Below, piece by piece: positions 29,351-40,874 of a stretch of DNA of 64,000 nt (its first letter is position 1; the number at the start of each line of letters is the position of its first letter). This stretch comes from Amoebidium appalachense (Eukaryota > Protista > Ichthyosporea), in the NCBI GenBank assembly GCA_963693365.1, contig CAVNZM010000012.1, positions 992,001-1,056,000 of the forward strand, written 5' to 3'. The notes under the pieces were generated by a model that searched no databases, was not told the DNA's origin, and saw only the letters and a program-made list of their open reading frames with translations. Position numbers and translations under genes: made by a program.

Positions 29351-29587
29351 ATGGCACCCGGCACGGAGCACATGCGCATGTATGCGTTGCCACACACCCT
29401 TGCCCCCCTCCCCGTACCCCTCCCCTACCGCACCCGACCGGCCCCCGGGCCTGTACCCCAAACCCGACCGTTCTACGGGCCGGGAAACACCGTCATTGAG
29501 GGCCCAGGGGGGACCATGAGGCCGAGGCCGGCCACGTACACACCCTGGCCTGTGGCTGCCGACAAGAGCTCCTTCCAGAACTATTAA
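29351..29587 (+). CDS. Small Pro-rich viral protein (78 aa)
   Basis: ATG ORF in the co-directional, tightly packed cluster. Confidence 0.55.
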   Translation: MAPGTEHMRMYALPHTLAPLPVPLPYRTRPAPGPVPQTRPFYGPGNTVIEGPGGTMRPRPATYTPWPVAADKSSFQNY

Positions 29588-29626
29588 ATATTGTGTGTGG
29601 TTGTGTAAACACCCTACTTCTGCAAC

Positions 29627-29818
29627 ATGGAGCTCAACATTGGCGGGCCCCCCATACGTAAGAAGCCGTTCATTTTTCCGGAGCAGAACAACAGCTTAAA
29701 CGTCATGGACGTCTCGACCATACGTGACTTCCGGGAACGCCCGTTGGCCTACACCGTACCGTTGTCCGGCATCAACGCCAACCGTCCCATACGCACGGCA
29801 CCTGTGGTGTTTAAATAA
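29627..29818 (+). CDS. Small viral protein (63 aa)
   Basis: CAACATGG start; AATAAA overlaps the stop. Confidence 0.6.
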   Translation: MELNIGGPPIRKKPFIFPEQNNSLNVMDVSTIRDFRERPLAYTVPLSGINANRPIRTAPVVFK

Positions 29819-29935
29819 ACTTGAGTGGGTCGACGGTAGTGTGGGCACGTGCTGGCACACCCCCTACCACCACCTGCTACCCCTAACATATTGTGCACAT
29901 GTCTTGTATTTAGGTCACGGTACAGTAGCACCAGG

Positions 29936-30824
29936 CTACAGGTAAAACATGTTGTATTCCACAAGCATGTGGTAGTTTTTAAGGTCCCTCTCCAGCTGCA
30001 CCCACACCTTGTCACTCTTGACTCTAGTCACCTTGCTTTTGACGGCCGGCACCAGCCTAGCCACCACCTCAGCATCCATACCACCCACTAATTCCACCAT
30101 TTTCACCAGCAGGAACGGGTACCCCACAAAGTTCTTCCTTGTGTCCTCCTTGTGCCTCCTATGCCACGACAAGGAGAACTTAAACATGCCCATCAAGAGC
30201 TCGAGCTGTTCACACGTGAACCTAGGGAGGGGGTGACCGTACAGCCTGTTTAATATATAAGGTACACGCATGTAGTGTTTTGTAAGCTTGTTCTGTCTCA
30301 ACACCCTCCTTGCCTGGTCTGCATTCTCTATGTGTGCCACACCCCTGAATGCTGCCACCACCCCCTCCTGCATGTCCCCCATGGAAGCATTCAACCCCTG
30401 CACCGACTGAAGTAGCTGCTTGAAGTGGTTGATGTGTCTGTATGGCTGTGACCTCTTCCTGTCCCAGAAGGCCGTGCACCCCTCATAGGTCTTCCTCCCC
30501 TCACCGTCACTCCCCTCCCACCCCCTCCCGTCGTACACCCAGTCCTCCTCCCCCTCTCCCTCCCCCTCCTCCCCCCCCTTTCCCTCCCCCCTCCTCGTAC
30601 ACGTACTCCTGGACTCCACCGTCGTGCCCGTAGTCGTCGTGTCCCCCCGTGCACGTCTCCCTGTTGCAGTATGCCCACCAACATGCATTCGGTGGTTGTA
30701 GTGGGGGTGGGGGTGGGGGTGTGGTCGGGCTACAGTACATGTCGAAGAGGAAGGGGCATAAGTCTAGCAGCTTCTCGGGGTCTGTGGTGTCTGCCACCAT
30801 ACTTAGCAGTGTGTCTTCATCCAT
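29936..30824 (-). CDS. VLTF3-like (poxvirus A2 / NCLDV) late transcription factor; frameshift in the run at 30586-30591
   Basis: YRHINHFKQLL, VLRQNKLTKHYMRVPYILNRLYGHPLP, RKNFVGYPFLLVKMVEL and KSKVTRVKSDKVW match the VLTF3 C-terminal pattern. Confidence 0.88.
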
Positions 30825-31329
30825 TTTTAATTTTGATTTTTTCGTGTGTTGCCTGTTTTCGTGTTGGAAAAAGTGAGGTATCTTTGCACATGTGTGTGCC
30901 TTTTATATGTGCTGGTGCCTGCTCTTTTTGGCAAGTCTCCCCCCTTGTATGCATGTATGGTGCTGTTGTTGGTGTTCATGCTTCTGCCCAAGGCCACATT
31001 GGAAGGGTTTGTGTTTGCATTAAACTCTGATTTTATTTGCTGCTTCCCCTCATGCATACGGTGCACGTGGTGTATGCCTAAAAACACCGTCTTTTTCTTT
31101 AAGTTTTTCTTCTGACCCCCTTTCCCATGCACACTGCACCCCATTTTCCTTTTTTCTGAAGCTAAGTTAACAGACACCCCATATAATTTTCATGTCTACC
31201 CTAACGTATTCCCTGCATACTTTGATACTTTGATTTAACTTTGATTTAAAAATTGCATACTTTAACTTAAAATGCTAACTAACCCTTCCCCTTCCCTCCC
31301 CCTCCCTCCCCCTCCCCCCCCCCCCCCAC

Positions 31330-34300
31330 TCAAAACTGCAGAGTCCCCTCCGGTGCTGCCCACCCAATGGGGTAGCTGCGTACACTGCCGTCGGCCGCCT
31401 CAAACACCCCCCTCTTGTCGAAGGCCCCCGACTGTGTCTTCCTCTGGTCCTTGCTGGCCAGGTGGTAGTTGTGGGGCACCCCGGGCACGGGCTCACGCAG
31501 CAGACGGTGGTTGGTGACACTCACACTCGGCATCTCCCCGTGCACCAGCATACGGAGGCTGGGGAGGTTCACCATGTCGGCTGCACGACGGGAGAGGGTG
31601 ATGCCCTTGACCTTGACGTCGGTCTTGCCGTCCTGGGTGCGGTAGGCATAGGTCTTGGGGGCCACACCAACAAACTCGACGATGGGGGTGGTGGTCTCGT
31701 TCTTCCAGTTGCCCAGCAAGTCCCCGTTGGTGGAGTCGATGTTGTGGCTGAGGTGGGGCACCCTGCTGTCGTAGTGGTAGACGATGGAGTCCGTGTCCAT
31801 GTACACCACCTGCTGGGGGGAGAGGGACCGGAGGGCACCATAGAGGTGCAGCCGTGCATGGGCCGTCACGAACGTGCCGATGGCGATGTTGGCGTAGGAG
31901 GGGGGTGGGGCCGTCTCCTTCTTGGGCCTGTACTTGATGGCCACCCTCTGCTCGCCGATGGGCTCGACGTCAAGCACCAAGATGTTGGGGTTGGTCACCA
32001 GCAGACTCAGCCGATCGACATCGTCGACAAACTCGATGGTGTCGAGCCCTGCCCTCTGCACCAGCTTGCCCCAGAGGCTGTTCAGAAACAGCTTGCTGAT
32101 GGTACGAAGGGCAGGGTTGGGGCTGAACTCGTCGGCCGTCACCGTGATGCCGTAGTGCTCCTTGAACAGGTGCACGAGGGCGGGTATGTCGGCAGGATCC
32201 ACGGTGGTGCTGGTGAGCTTCACCTTCAGGAACGTCTGCACGTACTTCCGGAAGAGGTTCTTGGTGCGTTTCTTGAAATGCACCACATCGTACACGTCGA
32301 GGATGGTGTACCCATCACGCACGGCCACCTTCAGCTCCTCCGTCGTCCACGTGCCGACCAGTGCCCTCTCCTCGTCCGTGTGTGTGCATTGCACATGCTC
32401 ACGCACCCGGGGGTTGCCCTCCTCGTCCATGCAGGTGGCCTGGGCCTCCTCCTTGCTGCTGCAGGCCCTGCACAGCACAAAGCCCAGCTTGTCGTACCCC
32501 TGGGCACCCGTCATACGCACAGGCAGCACGGGGATGAACAGGTCCTTGGGGGGGAGCACCCTCACACGTGCAACACCAAAGTACCCCTTGGTCCTGGCCT
32601 TGGGGGAGCCGGGGGTCATACGGCACGTCTTGTCGAGCCTCTCCTTGAGCACTTGGGGGTCCGTGACGATGGCCGAGGGGTGGTCCTCCGGCTTGATGGG
32701 CAGTGACGTGAACCACTGTGACTTGCCCACCGGCATGTACTTGTCAATCATCACGTACGGGTAGAGGGAGGTGACGTCGACGTACTTGAGGCCTGCCTGT
32801 GGCCAGTCCTCCTCCTTGACCTCGATGTGACGGGTGATGACCTCCGTACGGCCACCAAAGAAGGCATCACGGAACTGCACCGGGCCCGTGGGCACGGGGG
32901 CCACCCTGCCGGTGCCCTCCCTCCGTGCAGCCTGTGCTGCAAGTGCTGCCTTCACCTCCGGGCTCTGCCGAAGCCTGTCCCACCTGCACTCCCACATGCT
33001 CTGCACCTTGTGCCCCTGGGCACGGATGTACCTCTCGTGGCCCATGGTGCTGTCGTAGGCCTCCTTGGCTGGCCTCTTCACCACCCTCATCGTTAGATCC
33101 TCGTGCCTGTTGCAGTCGGGGCACCCATGGAACACACAGCCGTGGAAGAAGTAGTAGGTGCACGTGCCGTCGTCGTGGGTGGCCTTGGCATCGGCAGTGG
33201 CCCTGCCGTGGGGGTCGTGCCCGGTGGCCACGTGCCGTGCAACGTCGTCTGGCCCCACCCCCAGGCCGTGGGTGATGTAGTCGATGTACTCCTGCTCCTT
33301 CTTGCTGCTGTTGACGTTGCCCATGGTCTGGTCACGCATCACGGTCACGTCCTTGGGCATGGCCTGCGTGATCCAGAAGTGCATGGCGAGGGAAGCAAGG
33401 GTGACGCACGTGAAGGGGTCGATGCCCGTCAGCTCGATGAGTTTCGACATGAAGGCCTTGACCACCTGCTGCAGCAGCACCACATCCTTGACACAGTAGT
33501 CCTCGCACTGCTGGGCAATGTCGTAGCACGTGCCCGCCGGTGCCTGCCCCTGCAGACGTGCCTGCTCCTCCCGCCACCACTGCATGAAGGCAGCATGCTG
33601 CTTGGGCTTCATGTCCTGGGCCCCAAAGTCCTCGGGCCCAGGGAAGGGGATGTGGCCGGCCTTGAAGTTGGCAAAGGTGGCTGCATGGTGGGGGAAGTGG
33701 CCCTTGGTCTCCTGGCAGCCCATGGCCTTGCCTGCATCCGACAGTGACATGGTGAGGAAGTTGAGGGTGTCCACGAACGTCAGCTCCACCACCGTCGTGC
33801 GGCTGCCGTCCCCCCTCTGCCCCCCGTGCCTCCTCTTCCGGCCGGCACCTGCTGCTGCTGCTGCTGCTGCTGCCTGCTGCTGCACATCACCATGGCCATC
33901 ACCATGGCCATTGCCATCGTGGCCATCACCATGGCCATGGCCATGGTGGCCATCACCATCACCATCACCATCCACCCGCATGGGCACGGGGGCTGCTGGT
34001 GCACCGGCATTCTTGATGTAGTGACGTATACGGCAGGACTTGATCTTGCTGTTGGCCATGATGGGCACGTACACGTAGTCCTGGCTGCCCACCACCCTCT
34101 TGGTCACAAAGTGGAAGTCAAAGCCACTACCGTTGTGGCAGTACACCCGGCCGCCGGCATGGGCTGGTGTGTCGAACAGCCACTTGACCACCTTGTCGAT
34201 CACGTGGTGGTTGTCCTCCATCAGCACGTCCCAGGCATTCTTGCCGTCGGCCGAGGCCTCCGACCAGAAGATGATGGGGGCAGACGGCTGGCCGCCCATT

Positions 34301-36955
34301 GGCTCGACGTACATGGCCACTGCAAGGTACACGATGTGGATGAAGTGGGGGTTTTCGGCCGTGTGGTCTGGGGCAGGCACCGGCATGGTCTCGAAGTCCA
34401 GCACGATGTCCCTGATGGGCTGCCGGGTCTGCTTCCACGACCCCCTGCTGCCATCGTCGTCGGGCACGTGCCGTTTGCACACGTGTGCACCCACCCTGCA
34501 GCCGGCATCATCCACCCTGGCCCTCTGCCGTGCAGGTGACTCTCCCCCCTCCCCCTCCCCCTCCTCCCCCTCCCCTTGCTCGTTGGAGTAGCATGCCACC
34601 CTGTCACACACCGTGCCGTCTGCATCCGTGTGTGTGCACATGTACACACGCCGTTGATCTCGTTTGCTACGTATGAGGCACGTGTGGTTGCCGGGCATGT
34701 ACCCCCCACAGCCCTTGCAGTCGTAGTCGGTGCACAGGTGCTGTGTCCACGTGTCGTCTCTTCTTGGCCCCGTGCTGACCCCCCTCCCCCTCCCCCTGCC
34801 CCTCCCCCTCAGACATCTGCATGAGGTCGATGCCATCATCCTCGTCATCGCCACCCTCGTCGTCCGACGAGTCGGCAAGGCTGGGTGGGGGGTCTGAGTC
34901 GGCATCCTCGGTGGCCGAGTCCCCCTCCGTGTCCGTGACCCAGCCCCAGTCCTCCCCCTCGTCGTTGACGCCTGCATCGTACCCCCCTTGCTCCTGGGCC
35001 GTGTGCAGCCGGCGTAGCCGGCGCACGCTGGCGTACTTGAACTTGTAGAAGAACCGGCCGGCAGGATTGCCCGACACACACACCCTGAGGGCATCATCTC
35101 CACTGCCAATCATCCTGTACCCCTGCAGGCCGTGGGTGCACGTGGCCAGCCGGCACCAGAACACGGTGTCACAGAAGGATTGTTGCCGGCCGTCGGCCCT
35201 GGCCCCGGCCCCCTTGAGCTTGGTGCTGTGGTTGGCCATGCACCTGGCCGAAGGGAAGAGGCCACAGCAGTCGTCACAACGGTAAGGCCATGCATCCTCC
35301 CCCACCCGTGCTAGCTCCACACGGCGCCCGGGGGTCCACACACAGGCATCTGCCTGGTCGATGTGGTTCCCCTTTGATCCACAGTTCCCACACCGGTTCA
35401 CACAACGGTGCACCCCCATGTTCTTGGATTGCACGGTCTGGTTGCAGTGGAAGCAGGTGCTGAGGCTCCGACGTACGGCCCCCGTGTGGTTGCCGTTGCG
35501 CAGGCGCTCGATGGTGTTGCTGACATTGGAGGGGATGGCCGTGAAGTGGCCCAGCTTCTGGGAGTGGCCAAGGTACATGGTGCACAGCTTGCCGGGGGGA
35601 AGGGCCGAGCTCACGTCCCCGTACCTTCTTGCCACCCTACCCTTGCTGTCCAGGTCCACCACCACCAGCCGTAGACGGGTGACTGACTGGGTCTCACTGG
35701 CAATCTGCATGTTGAGGGCATCCACGGCTGCACCCAACTGATCCACCGTCAGCCCGTCCTCTGCAGGCACAGGCAGCTTGTACTTGGCCCACAGCCGGCG
35801 GGTGGCCCTTGCCAGCCTGCGCAGGTAACGGTCCTGGAAGTTGCTCCTTGGGTTGATGGGTGGCTGCAGCAGGTTGCACACCCCACAGCCGGAAGACACA
35901 GACCTACCCAGAGCCTTGTTGCCAATACCAATCACATCCATAGGGTCCAGTAGGTGGCACAGCACGTGGTGGTCCTTGAGCTTCATGAGGTCCGTGGCAC
36001 CCCCATTGCCCAGGTTCTTACGAGTGTGCTCGGAGGGCAGGCTGCCGTTCTCGTTGCTGTTGGCTGCCTTGCTGACCCACATTGCCATACAGTACACCAG
36101 GCACAGCTGGGCACAGGAGGGGCCGTCGGCAATCTCAAGCAGCTGATGGTGGTCAAGCTCCTTCTCCCCTGTCACCTGCGGGTCGTTGCTGCTGCAGGCT
36201 GCCTTCACCAGGGTGGTCACATCCACCACGGCCTTGGCCTCCACCAGCTCCCGCAGCCACTGGGCTGTCACCCCTGTGAGGGTGGACAGGGACCCGCAGG
36301 CACCCTTCCTCACCATGTCCTTGGGCCGGACCACGGTCAGATGCACACTGGATCGCCCGTCCATAAAGGTCTCGGCTGCACTCTGGGTGCGTTGGCGTAT
36401 GTTCTCCATCAGCTTGAGCACCACGGCATTCACATCACCGTTGAACACGTCCATGGGGCCTGCCGTAAACACACGACGGTTGGTGACATCGGCGTTGGGG
36501 TTGCCGTCATCCCCCACCTGGTTGTCCACACCATTGGCCTGCACGTGCAAGCTGATGATGCGTACGATGATCATGTCCCCCACCTGCACATCTGCACGGG
36601 CAATGGCATCAAACAGCATAGCTGCAAAGAACTGGGGGAACTCGGTGACGTCCATGGTGCGCAGGGGTTGGTACTCGAGGGTGTGGCCGCGTACGCCCAA
36701 CCCCCTTGCCTGCATGTCATCCACCCGTGAACGCAGCTGCCAGTTGCCCTCGGCAGGCATGGCAATGATCTGGGGGTCATCTGGGTGGTTGATGGGGGCG
36801 GGGGCAGGGGGGAGGCCGGGGAGGGGTGGGGGTGGGGGGGGTGGTGGGCCCTGCAGGGCCTGCAGAAACGGGTTGGCTTGCAGGGCCTGCTGCGGGTCGG
36901 CATCCAGTGCCCGCAGCAGGTCCTCTATGAAGCCTTCCTGGCTGTCGTCTAACAT
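31330..36955 (-). CDS. polB: Protein-primed family B DNA polymerase polyprotein (~1870 aa); one frameshift at ~34755-34810
   Basis: ExoI VLDFET, ExoII HNGSGFD, ExoIII YCVKDV, FFGGRTE, Pol A YVDVTSLYP, Pol B KLFLNSLWGK and Pol C YMDTDS. The N-terminal part has an OTU-like C/H pair and a Cys/His zinc array; a Vsr-like insert is present (FHGCVFHGCP...MWECRW). Confidence 0.96.
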
Positions 36956-37169
36956 CCTGAACAGTAATCTTAGATCTTAGCCACAATGTAATTGCCAGGC
37001 AGCGCCGGCAGCAAAAACATCAATAAACAGAACGCAAAATAATGATCCTGTGCCTGTGCGTAAGTGCGCCAAGCCATTGTTTACACAAGGCGGCCAATAG
37101 GAAACCCAGGTTGACCGATCCGGGCGCTCATTGGCCGCCTTGGAAATGGAATGTGCTATCTTAATGTTC

Positions 37170-37634
37170 ATTGGCCGCCTTGTGCGGCAACTGGCTTTTT
37201 GGAACTGAATTATCATTGGCCGCCTTGTGCATCCGCATTACTATTGGCCGCCTTGTACAAGGAATTCGGAATTCGAATTCTCTAATGATTGGCCGCCTTG
37301 TGCACACCGTCGCATTCCTTTGATCTCAGAACTGTGTACGTGTCGCATGTGCGCGTGCGTGCACGCGCACACATGACACGTTTTCCCTTTAATATTTTAA
37401 TTAAATCCACGTGCTCTGCACGTGTTTATGCACACACACACAGTGTGTGCACGTGCTCCTGTACATATCCATACCCATATCCATATCCTAATCACAATAT
37501 ACACCCATATCATACTGCATATCGCCATATCCCATATGCATATCTGCCATATCCTAAGGGGTGCGCCACCCTGTGTTAGTGACGTCACACTTTGTGACGT
37601 CACTAACGTGGGGTGCCGCGCCCCTTATTGTAGT
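37170..37634 (-). repeat. Right terminal inverted repeat (465 bp)
   Basis: Reverse complement of 8791-9250; ends ...TTATTGTAGT followed by GCTCC. Confidence 0.95.
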
Positions 37635-37937
37635 GCTCCTCCTAGTAACATTAAAACATCATGATGCCATCGATATCTAATGAAAGAATATACTAAATAC
37701 CAACCTATTGCCAGCTATATAACCTCATGCCGATTCTGACTTAACTTATCATAATCCCAAACTAACACTGATATACCGTGACGACTTTGCTTCGGAAGCC
37801 TCAGAGTCAGCATTCTATCATCAATTAGATCATCCTGACGGTCACCTAGCCAAATAATAGATTCTAATAATCTGTTCGGATGCCACATGAATAATGCTTC
37901 GAAAGTGTTTGTGTCAATAGGCACCAAAAGGAAGGTA

Positions 37938-38211
37938 TTAGAAGTGATTTGAAGACTTTCAAGGGGAAGAAACACAAAGGTTCAGCGGGGGAAGCGTAAG
38001 GGGGGGGGGGGGGGGGGGGGGGGGTGGTTTGTTTTTTTGGGGGGTAGGGAGGAAAACTATAAATAAAACAAAAAAAAAAAAAAAAAATAAGTATAATTTT
38101 TATTATCTTGGTGGTGTGGGGGGGGGGGGGGGTCCTCTATCCCATTTCTCCCTCTTCATCCCTTAACCTCCTCACCTCACTTATACTTAAAATATCCAAC
38201 ACACACAACCC

Positions 38212-38248
<37 letters not shown>

Positions 38249-39925
38249 GGGGGGGGGGGGGGGGGGGGGGGGGATTCGAAGTAAAGGTGCATTACACTCG
38301 GACTACAAAGCACACGTGCACATGATCATTCACAACCCACAACACAATGCAGATCTCGAGTATGCATGTTATGTAGAGTCCATCCTCAGGGAGGGCTTAC
38401 GACACCCATAGTATCCTTGTCCTGAACCATTAATCGCGTGCGTGAAACCGTTTTGGCCAGGGAGGGCTTGAATGCGGAGTACGGCACGAAGTACAAATAC
38501 ACGACGAGAGGCATGGTGCAGGACACATGCAAGGGCAAACATTCAATTATGCAACATCAGCAGTTCGCAAAGTTTGTGCAATAAGCAGAGCTCATCCTTA
38601 GGGAGGGCCCAAGTTATCAATTGCGTGGCAAACGGCTTTGGTTGCAAATTTGCCTCGTATATACACGAGTTCGCAATCACTAAGTAGTGAGTGATTCAAA
38701 TCTGATTGCCTCGCTTCAAAATGAGCCGCGGCAGATTTTACGGTCCGCTTGTCTCAATGTCATATAGTCCAAAAACCATATAAGGACTTTAAAGTCCAAA
38801 ATATGAATAGAAAGCAGGCTTTGGCCGCCTAATCAATATCTTGATAACAAAGCGACACACATGTTTTATAAAAACAACATGGGGTGTCCGGCGCTTATTT
38901 AATGGTCAAAACAAGCAAAAACGCTAATTTTGTCTTAGACGATCAGCCCAAGGGTCGGCCGCCGCCGCGGTCGCCGGCCCACACCCAGACGGTTTTCGTC
39001 GATTTTGACGATGAAGGACGCGTCGGGAAATGCACCTTATCACAGAATTGCGCGTTTTTTATTTCCAACAGCTTTTGCTAGTTGACAAAAACCTGTTTCA
39101 TAGGTGAAATCGGGCTTATATTGCTCTTTCTAGGCTGTACATTAGTGTTCTGACTAAATCTCAACCGTGAACCGTCCACCGGAAAGCACAACCAATCAGA
39201 TCATGCCAACGAACTTGATTTATAGTCACCCTGATATATAGTCACCACCCGACATCTATGTACGTGATCATGATATACCGCTGAGGGGATATTCCGAGCA
39301 AAAACCCCCCCCCATACCTGAGACTGGTTCTCTTTGCCTCGAGTAAACAGCGTAAACCCCAACTTGATTTGTAGTTATTCAAGACTTTTGGGATTCAATT
39401 GCGAACTTGTGTAGTATACGATTCTCCAACTCAAACAGCAGCAGCAACTGAACTTGGGAGGGCCAACCGTCCTGATAAGACAAGAGCAAGGATGCTTATG
39501 CAAGCAGGGTGAGCAAAACGGTGGAGATGTGTGTGCCCACACTGGGCAAACTAATGCAGCATGCAGCAAAAAAATGCACATGTGCTCACAGATTTAGACA
39601 CAGAGCAACCATGCCCGGTTGCATGGGAGGATAACTGGGGAAATAAGTAAAGGCGATTAACCTTTGAGAGGAAGAGGAAATATGTTAAATACTTTACGTA
39701 GTCACTTACATAGCTGATTGGCAGGGATGATGTAGCAATAAAAATCTTGCACAGAGCTGGTGCAAAGGAAGAGAATGTTGGCCTCCTAGAAGGATCCGCC
39801 TCCCAGCACGTGACCAGGAGTCGGTATACGTTCTGTCATGATATGAAGACGGTAAAACAAACCGTTAGTGGTTGGACCAACCGTGACTCTACTTGTACAA
39901 ATCGTGCCGCGCGGGTGATGCACCA

Positions 39926-39992
<67 letters not shown>

Positions 39993-40826
39993 TGTGTGTG
40001 CGCGCACACGCGATTATGTGCGCGCGCGCGTGTGCGCGGAGGTGGGGGGGGGGGGGGGGGGGGGGGGGGGGGTGAGTGCAATGTGTGTGTTTGTGTTTCA
40101 CGCGCCGTATGTGTGTGTGTGCGCGTGTTTTTTTTTGTGTATGTGTGTGTGGCCGTGTGTGTGTGTCTGTATGTGCATGCGCATGCATGTCAGTGGTGTG
40201 TGTCTGTGCATGACTTTGCGTGGGGTAGGCGCCCGAAACTGTAGAAGATGCGCATGCTGATGTGTGTCAATAATTACCAGTATATGGAGCCATAAAACAA
40301 AACCAAGAAAATACAGGTACAGCTTGCTCGGTTACGAAATCACAATCCTTTCAAGAAGTTTTCTATCTAAGGGGACACAAAACAGCTATTTCCGGAACAC
40401 TATCAATTCGTTATCTGGTCCAACCTAAGCAGTTACCAGAGAACTAAGTTTTTCAAGTTGCGCACTTACTTCTGGGCAGTTTTCGGGCCTTTCCAGAAGC
40501 TGGTAGGTCCCCATCTGCAACCTGCGCGCATGTTCCATATTCTGCAGCGCATGACCAGTGAACGAGATAAGTCATAAGTTACAGTTAACATGCGTGTGCA
40601 CATGCCAGCATGTGCATGTGGGTGTACGTGTGTGTTCGCGCGCACGCGTGTGTGAGTGATTCTGTGTATGTGTGTGTGTATGCACGTGTGTGTGCATGTG
40701 TGCGGGTGCGTGTGTGAGTGTGTGTGAGTGGCTGGTGTGTGTGTGCATGTGTGTGCGGTACTGTGTGAGTGTGTGTGCGTGCGTGTGTGGCACTGTGTGT
40801 GTGTGTGTGTGGGTGTGTGGGTGTGT

Positions 40827-40874
<48 letters not shown>

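Larger units (their letters stand above)
8791..37634. mobile_element. Complete endogenous Polinton-like virus (Maverick/Polinton-PLV type), 28,844 bp
   Basis: TIRs at both ends and a GCTCC direct repeat at 8786-8790 and 37635-37639. The interior is gene-dense with no evident introns and encodes pPolB, rve integrase, A32 ATPase, MCP and penton. Confidence 0.97.

Noticed and set aside
30827-31177. 116-aa basic ORF between pPolB and VLTF3
   Set aside because: Non-ATG start, AT-rich and lacking the element's codon bias; more likely terminator or promoter DNA.
38617-39403. 9-bp direct repeat TCAATTGCG suggesting a Mutator-type TSD
   Set aside because: No TIRs at those boundaries; the TA-flanked 14-bp TIR pair at 38664/39411 explains the insertion better.
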